From positions 68,886-131,424 of the IMG/VR virus record IMGVR_UViG_3300032167_000057: a DNA stretch of 62,539 bases; one strand, given 5' to 3'. The notes beneath the pieces were generated by a model. It was not told where the DNA came from, ran no database searches, and saw only the letters and a program-made list of their open reading frames with translations. Positions 51,683 through 61,448 of the stretch are shown here, piece after piece. The stretch comes from a virus (Duplodnaviria; Heunggongvirae; Uroviricota; Caudoviricetes). The position numbers and the translations under genes are program-made. How positions within the stretch are numbered: position 1 is the stretch's first letter; each line of letters opens with the position of its first letter.

Positions 51683-52333
51683 GTGAGTCAAACCATTGAT
51701 TTACTTAAAAATAGTTCTTTTGAACAAGGTATGGCCGACTTGGTTACTGCTATACAAACACAATCAAACCACTCTCACGCTAATCTCGCTATCCTGAATG
51801 CTACTACTGCTCCATATACAACAGAAGAAAAGGCAGAAGTAAGCACTATTAGAAACAAGCCAAATACTTCAGAATTGTCAGAAGTGGCTTTTTCTGGTGA
51901 TTATCATGATTTATTAAATATTCCTGAAGAATTCACTGTCCCTATGGCAAGCACTACTACGTTGGGTGGTGTTAAAGTAGGTTCTGGTTTATCTATAGAT
52001 GGTAATGGTATTTTATCTGCTTCTGGTGCTGTTTCTTCTGTTAATGGTAAAACAGGTGCGGTTACCCTATCTGCTGACGATGTAAATGCTTATTCAAAAA
52101 CTGAAGTTGATGAAGCATTAGACCAATTTTATGCCGACCCATATATTGCCACAAGTATCGAAGGAGAAACTTTATCAATCAGAGCACAAGCAAGTGAAAG
52201 CGAAGTTAGCACTGTGATTGATTCAATCTATGCGAGATTAAATGCCGTAGAAGGTTCTGTTGTTGGAATTATTTATGACACTGAAGAACCTCCAGCTACT
52301 ACTGCTGTAGGTGTTACTTGGATAGATGGATAG
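51683..52333 (+). CDS. fibre-like protein
   Basis: ASTTTLGGVKVGSGLSIDGNG and VSSVNGKTGAVTL motifs typical of phage fibres. Confidence 0.7.
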   Translation: MSQTIDLLKNSSFEQGMADLVTAIQTQSNHSHANLAILNATTAPYTTEEKAEVSTIRNKPNTSELSEVAFSGDYHDLLNIPEEFTVPMASTTTLGGVKVGSGLSIDGNGILSASGAVSSVNGKTGAVTLSADDVNAYSKTEVDEALDQFYADPYIATSIEGETLSIRAQASESEVSTVIDSIYARLNAVEGSVVGIIYDTEEPPATTAVGVTWIDG

Positions 52334-52347
52334 AAAGGAAATTCATA

Positions 52348-52776
52348 ATGAGTGAAATTAATAAAATAAAATTAAATGAAGTGGAGTATGATATCGAAGA
52401 TATTACTGCACGCGAAAATATTGTTAATATGCAGGCTAACGTAGCGAATGATTTAGATGCTTGTTCGCTCGTGGCTGAAGAAGATAAAACATTAGCTGGT
52501 GCTTATGCAGTTCAACAGCTAAGCGACAGTTTAGATTGCGGTGTAGCAGAAGAAATAAGTTTAAACGCAAACAGTGGAACTGATTTTACTGTTAATTTTT
52601 CTTCCGCATTTAAAAATCCACCAGTTGTTTCGATGACTGCTATTGCTAATCATAATCAAGGCGTTCCCATATTGCGTGTTAAAGAAGTAACAACTAATGG
52701 TTTTACAGGTAGACTCTTTAACAATGATGGAACATCGCTAACTTGTAAAATCGGGTGGATTGCCGTATGTAAATAA
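52348..52776 (+). CDS. small fibre/receptor-binding-like protein with H-type-lectin-like C-terminus (cassette A)
   Basis: SD AGAAAGGA before ATG 52348; VNFSSAFKNPPVV...VTTNGF...IGWIA pattern. Confidence 0.7.
   Translation: MSEINKIKLNEVEYDIEDITARENIVNMQANVANDLDACSLVAEEDKTLAGAYAVQQLSDSLDCGVAEEISLNANSGTDFTVNFSSAFKNPPVVSMTAIANHNQGVPILRVKEVTTNGFTGRLFNNDGTSLTCKIGWIAVCK
52524..52534 (+). repeat. left inverted repeat CGACAGTTTAG (putative recombination site)
   Basis: Exact reverse complement at 53056..53066; lies within CTAA-GCGACAGT-TTAG dyad. Confidence 0.75.
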
Positions 52777-52780
52777 TTAA

Positions 52781-53066
52781 TTACCTTAATTGCATTTTAT
52801 AAACATTGCTACCAGATACAAAATTTTTCGTCGCAATTATATCGCCAGCCTTGCAATATATAGGTGGAAAAACAAAATTTATACTTGACGAACCACTACC
52901 ACCAATAGCAATAACATCAATTCCATTTATTGATACGGATTGATTATTGCTACTAGAATTAGCGGAAAAATACGCTCTAATAAAGCAATTTTCAGTAAGA
53001 GTAATAGTTGTATTTATTCCATCAATAATTTTTTCACGATTAGTAAAATCACACGCTAAACTGTCG
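52781..53066 (-). other. silent alternative C-terminal cassette B (91 aa after the repeat)
   Basis: Open frame reads DSL across the repeat in the same phase as cassette A; no SD; stop 4 nt from cassette A stop. Confidence 0.7.
53056..53066 (-). repeat. right inverted repeat CGACAGTTTAG
   Basis: Plus strand CTAAACTGTCG. Confidence 0.75.
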
Positions 53067-53146
53067 TTTTGTATGGGTATTATCAAAATACAATAGAATA
53101 AATATAACACATTGACAGTATCAAATAATATCTAAGGATAAATTAA

Positions 53147-53254
53147 ATGAAACGAATTACTTTGTATAGTTTGGCTATGATAGTATTAGTTTTAATATTA
53201 CTGCATACGGGTATTATAAATGAAAAACAATACGCTTATATACCTATTCCATAA
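53147..53254 (+). CDS. possible 35-aa hydrophobic peptide
   Basis: MKRITLYSLAMIVLVLILLHTGIINEKQYAYIPIP; SD-like TAAGGA. Confidence 0.4.
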   Translation: MKRITLYSLAMIVLVLILLHTGIINEKQYAYIPIP

Positions 53255-53376
53255 TAGCCAAATTATGTTTTGAAAAAATAAAATAAAAATTTTATATTTT
53301 TTTCTCACTTTTTGTACATAGTCCGCCTATTACTATATGTAACAAAAAATTGCAAAAGAAATAGGAGTACAAAAGT

Positions 53377-54384
53377 ATGAAAATGGACAAAGACCAATTA
53401 TTTAGAACTATTGTTAGGATGATGGCAGACCAAATGGATTTATCAACTACGCAAATGCATCAGGGATTAAACATCCTAACAAATATGTTCCAAAATATTG
53501 AATTAGTATGTGAGAAAGAATTACCTGCTACATTTGACAATACTAATGAAATGTTGATTAAAAACTACTTAGGTTGTAAACGTATGCAGGGTTGTTCGGA
53601 AAGCACATTAAAAGCTTATTATAATACTTTAATTACATTTGAACGCTATAGCAAAAAAGAATTTATTCATGTTGATACAAATCTTATTCGTAGATTTTTA
53701 ATGGATTATGAATCTAGAGTCCGCCGTACTACAGCAGATAATTGTAGACGTAATCTGAATACTTTCTTTCAATTTTTAGAAGATGAAAATTATATAGCGA
53801 AAAATCCATGTCGTAGAATACCAAAGATTAAAGATGATAGTCGAATCAAACGTTTTTATAATGACATGGAAATTGAAACAATGCGAGACTGTTGTAACAC
53901 TAAACGTGAATTAGCACTTGTAGATTTATTGATTTCTACAGGTCTTCGAGTAAGTGAAGTCCCAAAAATTCGTATAGATGAAATAGATTGGGAACAGAGA
54001 ACTATATTAATTCATGGGAAAGGCGGCAAAGACCGTATCGTACCATTCAGTACACGTTGTAAGAAACATTTATTAGAATATATAGAAGACCCTTCTCACG
54101 GTTCTAGTAATTATATCTTCTGCTCTTCTCACTCTCCTCATTATCAGCTTAGAAAAGAATCCGTACAACAGATAATTAAAACAGTAGGTAAACGTGCCAA
54201 TTTACCGCAAATTACTGTGCATTGTTTTAGACGTTGGTTTGCTACCGACCTTAATAAAAAAGGTGTAGAACCAGCCGTTATCCAGCAATTATTAGGACAC
54301 GAAAGCTTTGCGACTACGCAGAAGCATTATCTGGATAACCCTATTAGTAAAACAATTATGGCACATAATATATATGCAGCTTAA
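53377..54384 (+). CDS. XerD-like tyrosine recombinase, candidate invertase
   Basis: TGLRVSE, GKGGKDR, HCFRR, LLGH, KHY catalytic set. Confidence 0.92.
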   Translation: MKMDKDQLFRTIVRMMADQMDLSTTQMHQGLNILTNMFQNIELVCEKELPATFDNTNEMLIKNYLGCKRMQGCSESTLKAYYNTLITFERYSKKEFIHVDTNLIRRFLMDYESRVRRTTADNCRRNLNTFFQFLEDENYIAKNPCRRIPKIKDDSRIKRFYNDMEIETMRDCCNTKRELALVDLLISTGLRVSEVPKIRIDEIDWEQRTILIHGKGGKDRIVPFSTRCKKHLLEYIEDPSHGSSNYIFCSSHSPHYQLRKESVQQIIKTVGKRANLPQITVHCFRRWFATDLNKKGVEPAVIQQLLGHESFATTQKHYLDNPISKTIMAHNIYAA

Positions 54385-54390
54385 TAAACC

Positions 54391-54419
54391 TAAAAGAGAG
54401 TTTTCGGACTCTCTTTTTT
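54391..54419 (+). terminator. intrinsic terminator
   Basis: AAAGAGAGT-tttcgg-ACTCTCTTT-TTT. Confidence 0.7.
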
Positions 54420-54441
54420 AATGCAAAAAGGAGGTAGTGTT

Positions 54442-54675
54442 ATGGCTGTACTGTGTTCCAAATTTGGCGAAAAGATGAACGCTACAATTATGGAATTTGT
54501 ATTAGATACTGAAGACGAAATTCAGTATCTTCCAACTACTGAAAAGCAAGGAACTGGCGAATTTGAACAGTTTAATCATGTTGCTCCAATTGGTTCTATT
54601 GCCGTGGTTGGTAATGATGGGGGCGATTTATTGATATATGAACTATTCAGTTTTGGATGGAAAAAATTAAGTTAA
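54442..54675 (+). CDS. small hypothetical protein
   Basis: SD AAGGAGGT before ATG 54442. Confidence 0.7.
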   Translation: MAVLCSKFGEKMNATIMEFVLDTEDEIQYLPTTEKQGTGEFEQFNHVAPIGSIAVVGNDGGDLLIYELFSFGWKKLS

Positions 54676-54798
54676 TGAATACAAGAAAATAATAAAGAGG
54701 GATAATAAAGGACTTGCAAACCTTATGAATGGTAGTGCCTCGTATCTACCGTCCCTCTTTTGATTATATCTAAATACGAGGAAATACGAGGAATAATA

Positions 54799-56163
54799 AT
54801 GGGATTAATTACAAAAGAAGTTGAAGCTGGAATAAATAGTTCAAATTTGATTCATTATCAAAATTTAGGATATGAAATTCCAGAATTTACAAATAAAAGT
54901 GGTAAATCTTATGTAAAATGGGGCACAAAAATAAAAGTTAAAACAAGTGATTTATTACCTAATAGTGAAGTACGTGTAAATGTGCAATGCGATTGTTGTA
55001 ATAAAAATTATGATTTAACATATGGTGCTTATACTAGACAAAATCATGAAGGGAAAATATATTGTCAAAATTGTGCACCAAAAGTGTTAAATAGCGGTGA
55101 AAATCATTGGAACTGGAAATCGTATAAAACGCGAGAAGAAAGAATAAATGAAAGAAATTACCCAGAATACAAGGATTTTGTAAAATCTGTAATGGCTAGA
55201 GATAAATATATTTGTCAATGTTGTGGTAAATCGGCAACAGATGTACATCATTTATTTGGATATGCGGGATTTCCAGAATATAGAACAGACCAAACACAAG
55301 CATTGGCAATATGTTCAGCGTGTCATGATTCTTTTCATAAATGGCATCGTGAAAATTTTGGAGTTAAAAATAAAGGTTATTGCACTAGGTCTGATTATGA
55401 AAAATGGCTAGGGGATGCATTAGTTAAATTAAAGAAATACGACGGAGAACTTCTTGCCAGTTCTGAAATTATTTGTTTAGATACAAAAGAAATTAAAACT
55501 GCAAACGAATTTATGATTGATTTAGGTGATATATATCATGGTGGAATTTATGGTTGTTGTAATAAAAAATTGAGAAGTCATAAAGGAAAACATTTTTTAT
55601 ATTATTCTGAATATAAAGATATGACCGAAGAAGATTTGGAAAGATATTGGGATTGGTGTAATGAATTAAAAAAACAAAGAACAGTCATTTGTATTACCAC
55701 AAATCAAATATTTGATAGTGCGTTGAGCGCTGCTAAATACTTTAATCATGAAAATTGGCATGGACGCATACTTAAAGTTTGCAAAGGAAATAATTTTTCT
55801 GCTGGAAAATTACAAGATGGAACTCCTCTTCAATGGATGTTTTATAAAGACTATCTAAATAAAATAGAAAACGGAGAAGAAATTGTTTTCAATGCCAACA
55901 CACATAACAAAAAAGTTATTTGTATTACCACTGGTAAAATATTTAATGCAATTAAAGATGGTGCGTTATATTACAATATACAAAGCAAATCTACTATATC
56001 TGGTGTGTGTAATGGTAAACATAATTTTTGTGGAAAACTTGCTGATGGTACTCCCTTAGTGTGGATGTATTATGAAGATTTTTTAAAAATTCCTGTGGAA
56101 GAACAACAAAAAATATTGGGTAGAAACAAAGAGTCGTTAATTAATGACTCTTTTATTATGTGA
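54799..56163 (+). CDS. free-standing HNH endonuclease with NUMOD1-like repeats
   Basis: CQCCG..DVHH...ICSACHDSFH HNH core; three (V/I)ICL/ITT repeats; SD GAGG before ATG 54799. Confidence 0.85.
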   Translation: MGLITKEVEAGINSSNLIHYQNLGYEIPEFTNKSGKSYVKWGTKIKVKTSDLLPNSEVRVNVQCDCCNKNYDLTYGAYTRQNHEGKIYCQNCAPKVLNSGENHWNWKSYKTREERINERNYPEYKDFVKSVMARDKYICQCCGKSATDVHHLFGYAGFPEYRTDQTQALAICSACHDSFHKWHRENFGVKNKGYCTRSDYEKWLGDALVKLKKYDGELLASSEIICLDTKEIKTANEFMIDLGDIYHGGIYGCCNKKLRSHKGKHFLYYSEYKDMTEEDLERYWDWCNELKKQRTVICITTNQIFDSALSAAKYFNHENWHGRILKVCKGNNFSAGKLQDGTPLQWMFYKDYLNKIENGEEIVFNANTHNKKVICITTGKIFNAIKDGALYYNIQSKSTISGVCNGKHNFCGKLADGTPLVWMYYEDFLKIPVEEQQKILGRNKESLINDSFIM

Positions 56164-56206
56164 ATAAAATAATATATAAAATACTAAAGAAAGGCGGTGC
56201 ATCATC

Positions 56207-57181
56207 ATCGACATTATTACATATAGTTTACTTTTAAAAAAAATAAAAGGTGTTGCTACTGGTGTATCCACTGCTACATATGACGGTGATACTAGGTGTA
56301 TTGTATTCCGTTGTAATGACAATACCATTCTTAATATTCCAGTGCCCAATGGATTATCAAATGCAGAAATTGAAATGATTTCACATATGACTCTTGAAGA
56401 AAATGAAGATGGTTCATTTTATCTTGCTCTTGACGGAGAACGTATTGGTTCAAAAACTTGTGATTTTACTACTAGCGTTGAAGTCGGTGCTTTAAAGTCT
56501 GGCACAAAGTTCGAATCTGTAGAATGTGCAGATGTTTTAGAACAAATTTTAGTAGCTAAATTTCCACCATCTATTAAATTTACTTCTTCTCTCGCAGAAA
56601 GCGGTACATATGAAATCGGTGAAGTAAAAGATATAACATTGGATATTGAAGCAATTAAACAGAGTTACGATATTAAAAAAGTAGAAATCACTTCTACCCC
56701 ATCTATTGCCGAATTTACAACGAGTATTACTACTAGCCCTTGGGAACATAATGGTGAATTATCTATTAGCGATACACAGACTATAACTGTAAAAGCGACT
56801 GACGTTGAAGGTTTAATAAGTAGCAAATCTATCAAATGGAATTTTGTATACCCTATGTATGCAAGCTATGTTGATACTACTGTTACCACTTTAGAAGAAG
56901 CAGATATTATTAGTGGACAGAAAGTAATCAAACCTAAGAGTGCGGTTACTCTGGCTTATACATCCAACGACATTTTATTACGTCCAGTATTTGCTTATCC
57001 CAAAAACTATGGACAACTTAAAAGTGTTCTTGATGTGTTGAATCAGATTGAGTTAATTACTAATTATGATGTTCAAGAATTACAGATAGAATGTTTGGAC
57101 GGCAATATGGTCGATTACTATGTTTATGTAGCAAAAACCGAGGCCATATTAGATAACTTTGAAATTAAATTCAGTTGGTAG
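56207..57181 (+). CDS. tail-associated hypothetical protein (start extended from 56342)
   Basis: Frame open from ATC GAC ATT ATT (IDIITYSLLLKKIK) after SD AAAGGCGGTG. Confidence 0.65.
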   Translation: MDIITYSLLLKKIKGVATGVSTATYDGDTRCIVFRCNDNTILNIPVPNGLSNAEIEMISHMTLEENEDGSFYLALDGERIGSKTCDFTTSVEVGALKSGTKFESVECADVLEQILVAKFPPSIKFTSSLAESGTYEIGEVKDITLDIEAIKQSYDIKKVEITSTPSIAEFTTSITTSPWEHNGELSISDTQTITVKATDVEGLISSKSIKWNFVYPMYASYVDTTVTTLEEADIISGQKVIKPKSAVTLAYTSNDILLRPVFAYPKNYGQLKSVLDVLNQIELITNYDVQELQIECLDGNMVDYYVYVAKTEAILDNFEIKFSW

Positions 57182-57194
57182 GAGGAAATGACAA

Positions 57195-57665
57195 ATGTTT
57201 GATGGAAAGAAAATTAACTCCTTGGAAACGAGTGTCGCCACTCTTACCGAGGAATTAAATAGAACAAATGAAACGATTGCTTCTTTATATGAAAATATGA
57301 AGAATATCGTTACAGAATTAAATAAAATAAAATCTGAAAAAGATGTATTAGAAAATAAATATGATTCGTTATGTGACGCAATCAAAGAAATGAAAGAAAA
57401 TGCTGAAGCTGCGGCAATTAAATCTAATACTGCTGACGTGGAACATGAAACTCAACTTCAGATGCTTCGTGATAATAATGACAGACTTATTAAGAAATGC
57501 GAAGAATTGCAAATGAGCAATGTTCAGATTATGAATCAGCACAATGATATGATTAAACGTTATGAACAATCAATTTTGGGCTATGCGGAGCAGGCAGAAC
57601 ACATGAAGAATAATGTTTTAAAGAAAATGAACGCGAACAATATTATTAGTGTTGTTGAAGAATAA
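57195..57665 (+). CDS. coiled-coil protein
   Basis: Heptad-rich sequence; SD AGGAGG. Confidence 0.7.
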   Translation: MFDGKKINSLETSVATLTEELNRTNETIASLYENMKNIVTELNKIKSEKDVLENKYDSLCDAIKEMKENAEAAAIKSNTADVEHETQLQMLRDNNDRLIKKCEELQMSNVQIMNQHNDMIKRYEQSILGYAEQAEHMKNNVLKKMNANNIISVVEE

Positions 57666-57679
57666 ATGGGGGTGAGATA

Positions 57680-58666
57680 ATGGCAAAGTTTTTAGTCGGA
57701 AGTCAAGTGTCTGCCCCACTTAGCCTTAGAGCCCCATATAGTCTTGACTCTCGTGCTACTGCAAACACTATTGAAGAAGTATTAACACAATACCCTGTTT
57801 CTTGTCGTTATCTCGGCATGAAAGTATTTGTTGAAACAGAGAATAAATATTACGTGTTCTCAAAACATCAATTACCTGATGGCACTATGAGTACTGGTTT
57901 GACTGATGATGATTTTAGACCGTTTGAAAGTCAGATTGATGTTGATAACGTGTTATCCGATACTTCGCAAAATCCAGTTGAAAACCGTATTATTACTGGT
58001 CAAATTAATACACTTCAGAAGAAGTTGGTTATTGGTGAAAACCTTGATGATGAACTTTCTGAGGAATCTGAAAATCCAATAACTGCTAAAGGTGTATATA
58101 ATGCCTTGAAATCAGTACGTGGAGAATTGACGTATCGAGGTTATTATCCTGACAGGGCTTCGCTTGATACTATTACTGGAGCTGTTGTTAATGACTTCGT
58201 AACAGTTGAGAACGATGAAGATTTTGGAAACCAAAAAACAAAGTATATTTACGGTACTGTAGATGATGAAGGAAATCTTGGTTGGGTATTTAGTGGTTAT
58301 CTAGGTTCAACAGAAGTACAAATTAACGATGATGGTATTTCTAATTCTGAGGTTTGGTCTTCTGAAAAAGTAAGTAATGAGATTGAAAAACAGCACCAAC
58401 CATATCAAGCTGGTATCCCATTGGTTATGGGTGAAATGTATGTGGAAAGTCACTCTCTTTACAGGTGTTTAGTAGACGTAAGTTCTGATGAAAACTTGGC
58501 TTTCACTCTCCTACCAGATGGAACTATGGAATTGGTTATTGGTAATGGAGATATTAAACAATGCGAATACGATGAGCCAAGTGAAACATTGTATTTGAAT
58601 AAGCTGACTATGGATTCTATTGAATATAATGAGTCAACACAAACAATAAATATATTTGAAACTTAA
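57680..58666 (+). CDS. tail fibre-associated protein
   Basis: LDSR...RYLGMKVFV motif; two D..LS..S.NP(V/I) repeats. Confidence 0.65.
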   Translation: MAKFLVGSQVSAPLSLRAPYSLDSRATANTIEEVLTQYPVSCRYLGMKVFVETENKYYVFSKHQLPDGTMSTGLTDDDFRPFESQIDVDNVLSDTSQNPVENRIITGQINTLQKKLVIGENLDDELSEESENPITAKGVYNALKSVRGELTYRGYYPDRASLDTITGAVVNDFVTVENDEDFGNQKTKYIYGTVDDEGNLGWVFSGYLGSTEVQINDDGISNSEVWSSEKVSNEIEKQHQPYQAGIPLVMGEMYVESHSLYRCLVDVSSDENLAFTLLPDGTMELVIGNGDIKQCEYDEPSETLYLNKLTMDSIEYNESTQTINIFET

Positions 58667-58683
58667 TTGGAAAGGAGTCAGAA

Positions 58684-61296
58684 ATGGCTGATAAAAAAGT
58701 TAGATATATTAATCTGAATAATCAGATTTTAACTTTAGGTGGTGACGGTATTTTGTCATTCCCTGATATAGCGACAATGGCTTCCGAGCCTATCGCAAAT
58801 TTACAAAACGGAGCTATTGGATGGGTAGACAGCGAACAGAAATACTTCCAATGGCTTGATACAAATGAAATTTCTGAAATGGGATATTGGAAAGAACTTA
58901 TCTTTGGTTCTGACTTTCAGATTTCAGACCCTACTACTTCTGCTGACGATGATAGATATAAGGGCAAGGTTGTACAGTATGTTGGTGAAGATGATTTGAC
59001 GACTGGATTTAAGAAAGGTTATTTCTACGAATCAAGATTGTCAAATACTATTAATTATGTTGAAACTGTGTGTACAGAAACATCAACAGGAACATATTAT
59101 ATTCTTCGTGATGGGGAATATTTAGAAGTAGTTTTACTCGGCGATGGTACTACTTTTGACCCTAATGAAACTTATTATAAGAAACAAGATGTCGAGGTCT
59201 ATGGTTGGTTTTATATCAATGCATTACGTGTCGACACTGAATTAGCTGATACTGATTATGCAATTGCAAACAAGACTGTAAAAGCAAAGTTTGAAGAAGT
59301 AATCCAAGACTACACAGACAAAAACGATGAATTAAGAGAATATGTAGATAATGACCTTACTACTTCTCTTCAACAGTACACAGATAATAAAATTGATGAT
59401 ACTGATGAAGAAATTTTTGAGGATAAAACTTGGTCAAGCAGTAAGATAAACACTAAGTTTGAGGAAGTCACTCAGACTATTACAGATGGAAATGACGCAC
59501 TCACTGAATATGTAGATACTTCTTTAGAGGGATACGAGAAGAAATTTGTTGAGTGTACATTTGAAGAATATAAACAGATGGAAACAGATGGTACTGTAGA
59601 ATCAGATGTTGATTACATTATTACAACTAATGAATCAGGTGCTCTATTGAGTGGCCTTGACACAAATCACGGTGATTCTGAAATTTCAACATATGAAGTT
59701 ATTGAGGAATTAAAGAGTGATGTAGAAAATCTTATTGATGATACAGACCTTACTTCTACAACAAGCACATTTTCAGCAAATAAGATAAAAAATGCTGTTA
59801 CTTATAGTTTTGATACTCAATCTGGTAATGTAAAATATGTTAAATTCAAGCCAAGTGTAACTGCAATTTCTGTTGCTGATATATATGGTGGAAAAATAGA
59901 AATTCTTGGTGCAAGTAAGTCTGTCTCTAATCCAGACTATAAAACAGTAAAAGTTGTTAGACTTAGTTATGGCGATTGGGGTTCATATGATGCAACACAA
60001 GTTCCATCTGTAGTACATACAAAGATAGGAGAGTTATATTATTATCCTACCGATGAATATTACTATTTGAAACTTTATAATTATGCTTCCTTCACTATGA
60101 CAGGTTTAGCAACTGCTCCTGAGATGGTTACAAGCTTACCTGCTGAAGAAAGTGCAATGACTTTGATACCTGAAAGTGTGTTTACTACTAAAAGTGACCT
60201 TGCAGCACAAACAGCTAACAGACAAGTTAAGACATTTGACAATACTGGTGCATCAACAGAAAAATGGTACAAAATTTGTTCTGCCATAACAGGAGGAATA
60301 GGTTGTAATATTAAACTTACTGCAAGTAGGGCAGACTCTACCGCTACAGTGCAATATTTTTCAGCTTTATTTAGAGATAATAGATATAGATATACAAGTT
60401 CCTATATTTTAAGAGAAAGAACCGTATATGAATCTGAATTAGTTGCAGAGTATAGTGCTTATATTATAGCAGATGCAAATAATGATATTTGGGTTCACAT
60501 ACCAAGCTACGGAAAAGCAATCATTGAGATAGATACAAGAGCAATTACCATTGATGGAACAGCAGGTACTCCTGTTAAAGATTATGTTTATAGTTCTTTT
60601 GAAAGTCAGATGCTTAAAGACAAGTTTGATAAAATTAACATCAAACAATTTAATCAGCCTGGTAGTAATACATCTTTTAAATATGTAACTATTACATCAG
60701 GTGGGAATGGAGTTGGTGGATTAGAACTTAATGTTCCTTATGCTGGAAAGTATATGTTCTCTACTCCGAAGTCAGAACCAGTTTATTTTGGTAGTAGCAC
60801 CCATAGAGGATATACTTTAAATGGTTGGGCTTGGTCTGATGATGGTAAAACTTTATATTTAAGAGTTGCGGGATTTGCACCATTCTCAATATCTGTTCTT
60901 GGCTCTGTCCCTAAAGATACAAGCCCTAATAATGTAGTTACAATATCTGATATGACCTCTACTGCTCCAGAGGGTGTTACTTTTGTTTCGTCACCAGTTT
61001 ATAGTAATGCTACTACTAACGATATTGTCGGCTCAAAGACACAGTATCGTGGTAGTCGAAGTATAGACATAAGCACTGGTGGTAAACTTACGATTATCTA
61101 CTCAAGTGAGTATGCATCACAAGCAGGTTGTTATATGTTATTATCTAACTTCAATACTGAACCACTATTGATTGAATTAGGAAGAACTAATATTGGTCAA
61201 TTTAGCGTAACTGCAAAACATAAATCACAAAATGTAGATACAATTACTGTTACAGCTGCTGGTGACGAATATAGTTGGTATGTATTACAGTTTTAA
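58684..61296 (+). CDS. tail fibre or receptor-binding protein, 870 aa
   Basis: TWSSSKI-type repeats; beta-rich C-terminal modules. Confidence 0.7.
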   Translation: MADKKVRYINLNNQILTLGGDGILSFPDIATMASEPIANLQNGAIGWVDSEQKYFQWLDTNEISEMGYWKELIFGSDFQISDPTTSADDDRYKGKVVQYVGEDDLTTGFKKGYFYESRLSNTINYVETVCTETSTGTYYILRDGEYLEVVLLGDGTTFDPNETYYKKQDVEVYGWFYINALRVDTELADTDYAIANKTVKAKFEEVIQDYTDKNDELREYVDNDLTTSLQQYTDNKIDDTDEEIFEDKTWSSSKINTKFEEVTQTITDGNDALTEYVDTSLEGYEKKFVECTFEEYKQMETDGTVESDVDYIITTNESGALLSGLDTNHGDSEISTYEVIEELKSDVENLIDDTDLTSTTSTFSANKIKNAVTYSFDTQSGNVKYVKFKPSVTAISVADIYGGKIEILGASKSVSNPDYKTVKVVRLSYGDWGSYDATQVPSVVHTKIGELYYYPTDEYYYLKLYNYASFTMTGLATAPEMVTSLPAEESAMTLIPESVFTTKSDLAAQTANRQVKTFDNTGASTEKWYKICSAITGGIGCNIKLTASRADSTATVQYFSALFRDNRYRYTSSYILRERTVYESELVAEYSAYIIADANNDIWVHIPSYGKAIIEIDTRAITIDGTAGTPVKDYVYSSFESQMLKDKFDKINIKQFNQPGSNTSFKYVTITSGGNGVGGLELNVPYAGKYMFSTPKSEPVYFGSSTHRGYTLNGWAWSDDGKTLYLRVAGFAPFSISVLGSVPKDTSPNNVVTISDMTSTAPEGVTFVSSPVYSNATTNDIVGSKTQYRGSRSIDISTGGKLTIIYSSEYASQAGCYMLLSNFNTEPLLIELGRTNIGQFSVTAKHKSQNVDTITVTAAGDEYSWYVLQF

Positions 61297-61448
61297 CAAT
61301 AACATAACCACTCTAACAAGAGAACAAACAATAAACAATACAAACCCCTTGTAACCTTAATCGGTTGCAAGGGGACTTTTAATATACAACCTCGGACAAT
61401 GGGGTTGACAACAATCCCAGAAAATTAAGAAAGAGGTGAAAGAAAATT

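Noticed and set aside
53100-53223. Third fibre cassette ending FGYDSISFNITAYGYYK
   Set aside because: Frame has in-frame stops and there is no proper copy of the 11-bp repeat (only GACAGT at about 53114)
53147-53254. Arbitrium (aimP/aimR) system
   Set aside because: No TPR/RRNPP receptor gene in the window; kept only as a weak small-peptide finding
16233-60648. Many short antisense or alternate-frame ORFs in the track (e.g. 16233, 19352, 20817, 22435, 34250, 39896, 41710, 51177, 60081)
   Set aside because: Fully overlap well-supported plus-strand genes, lack SDs and read as codon-bias shadows
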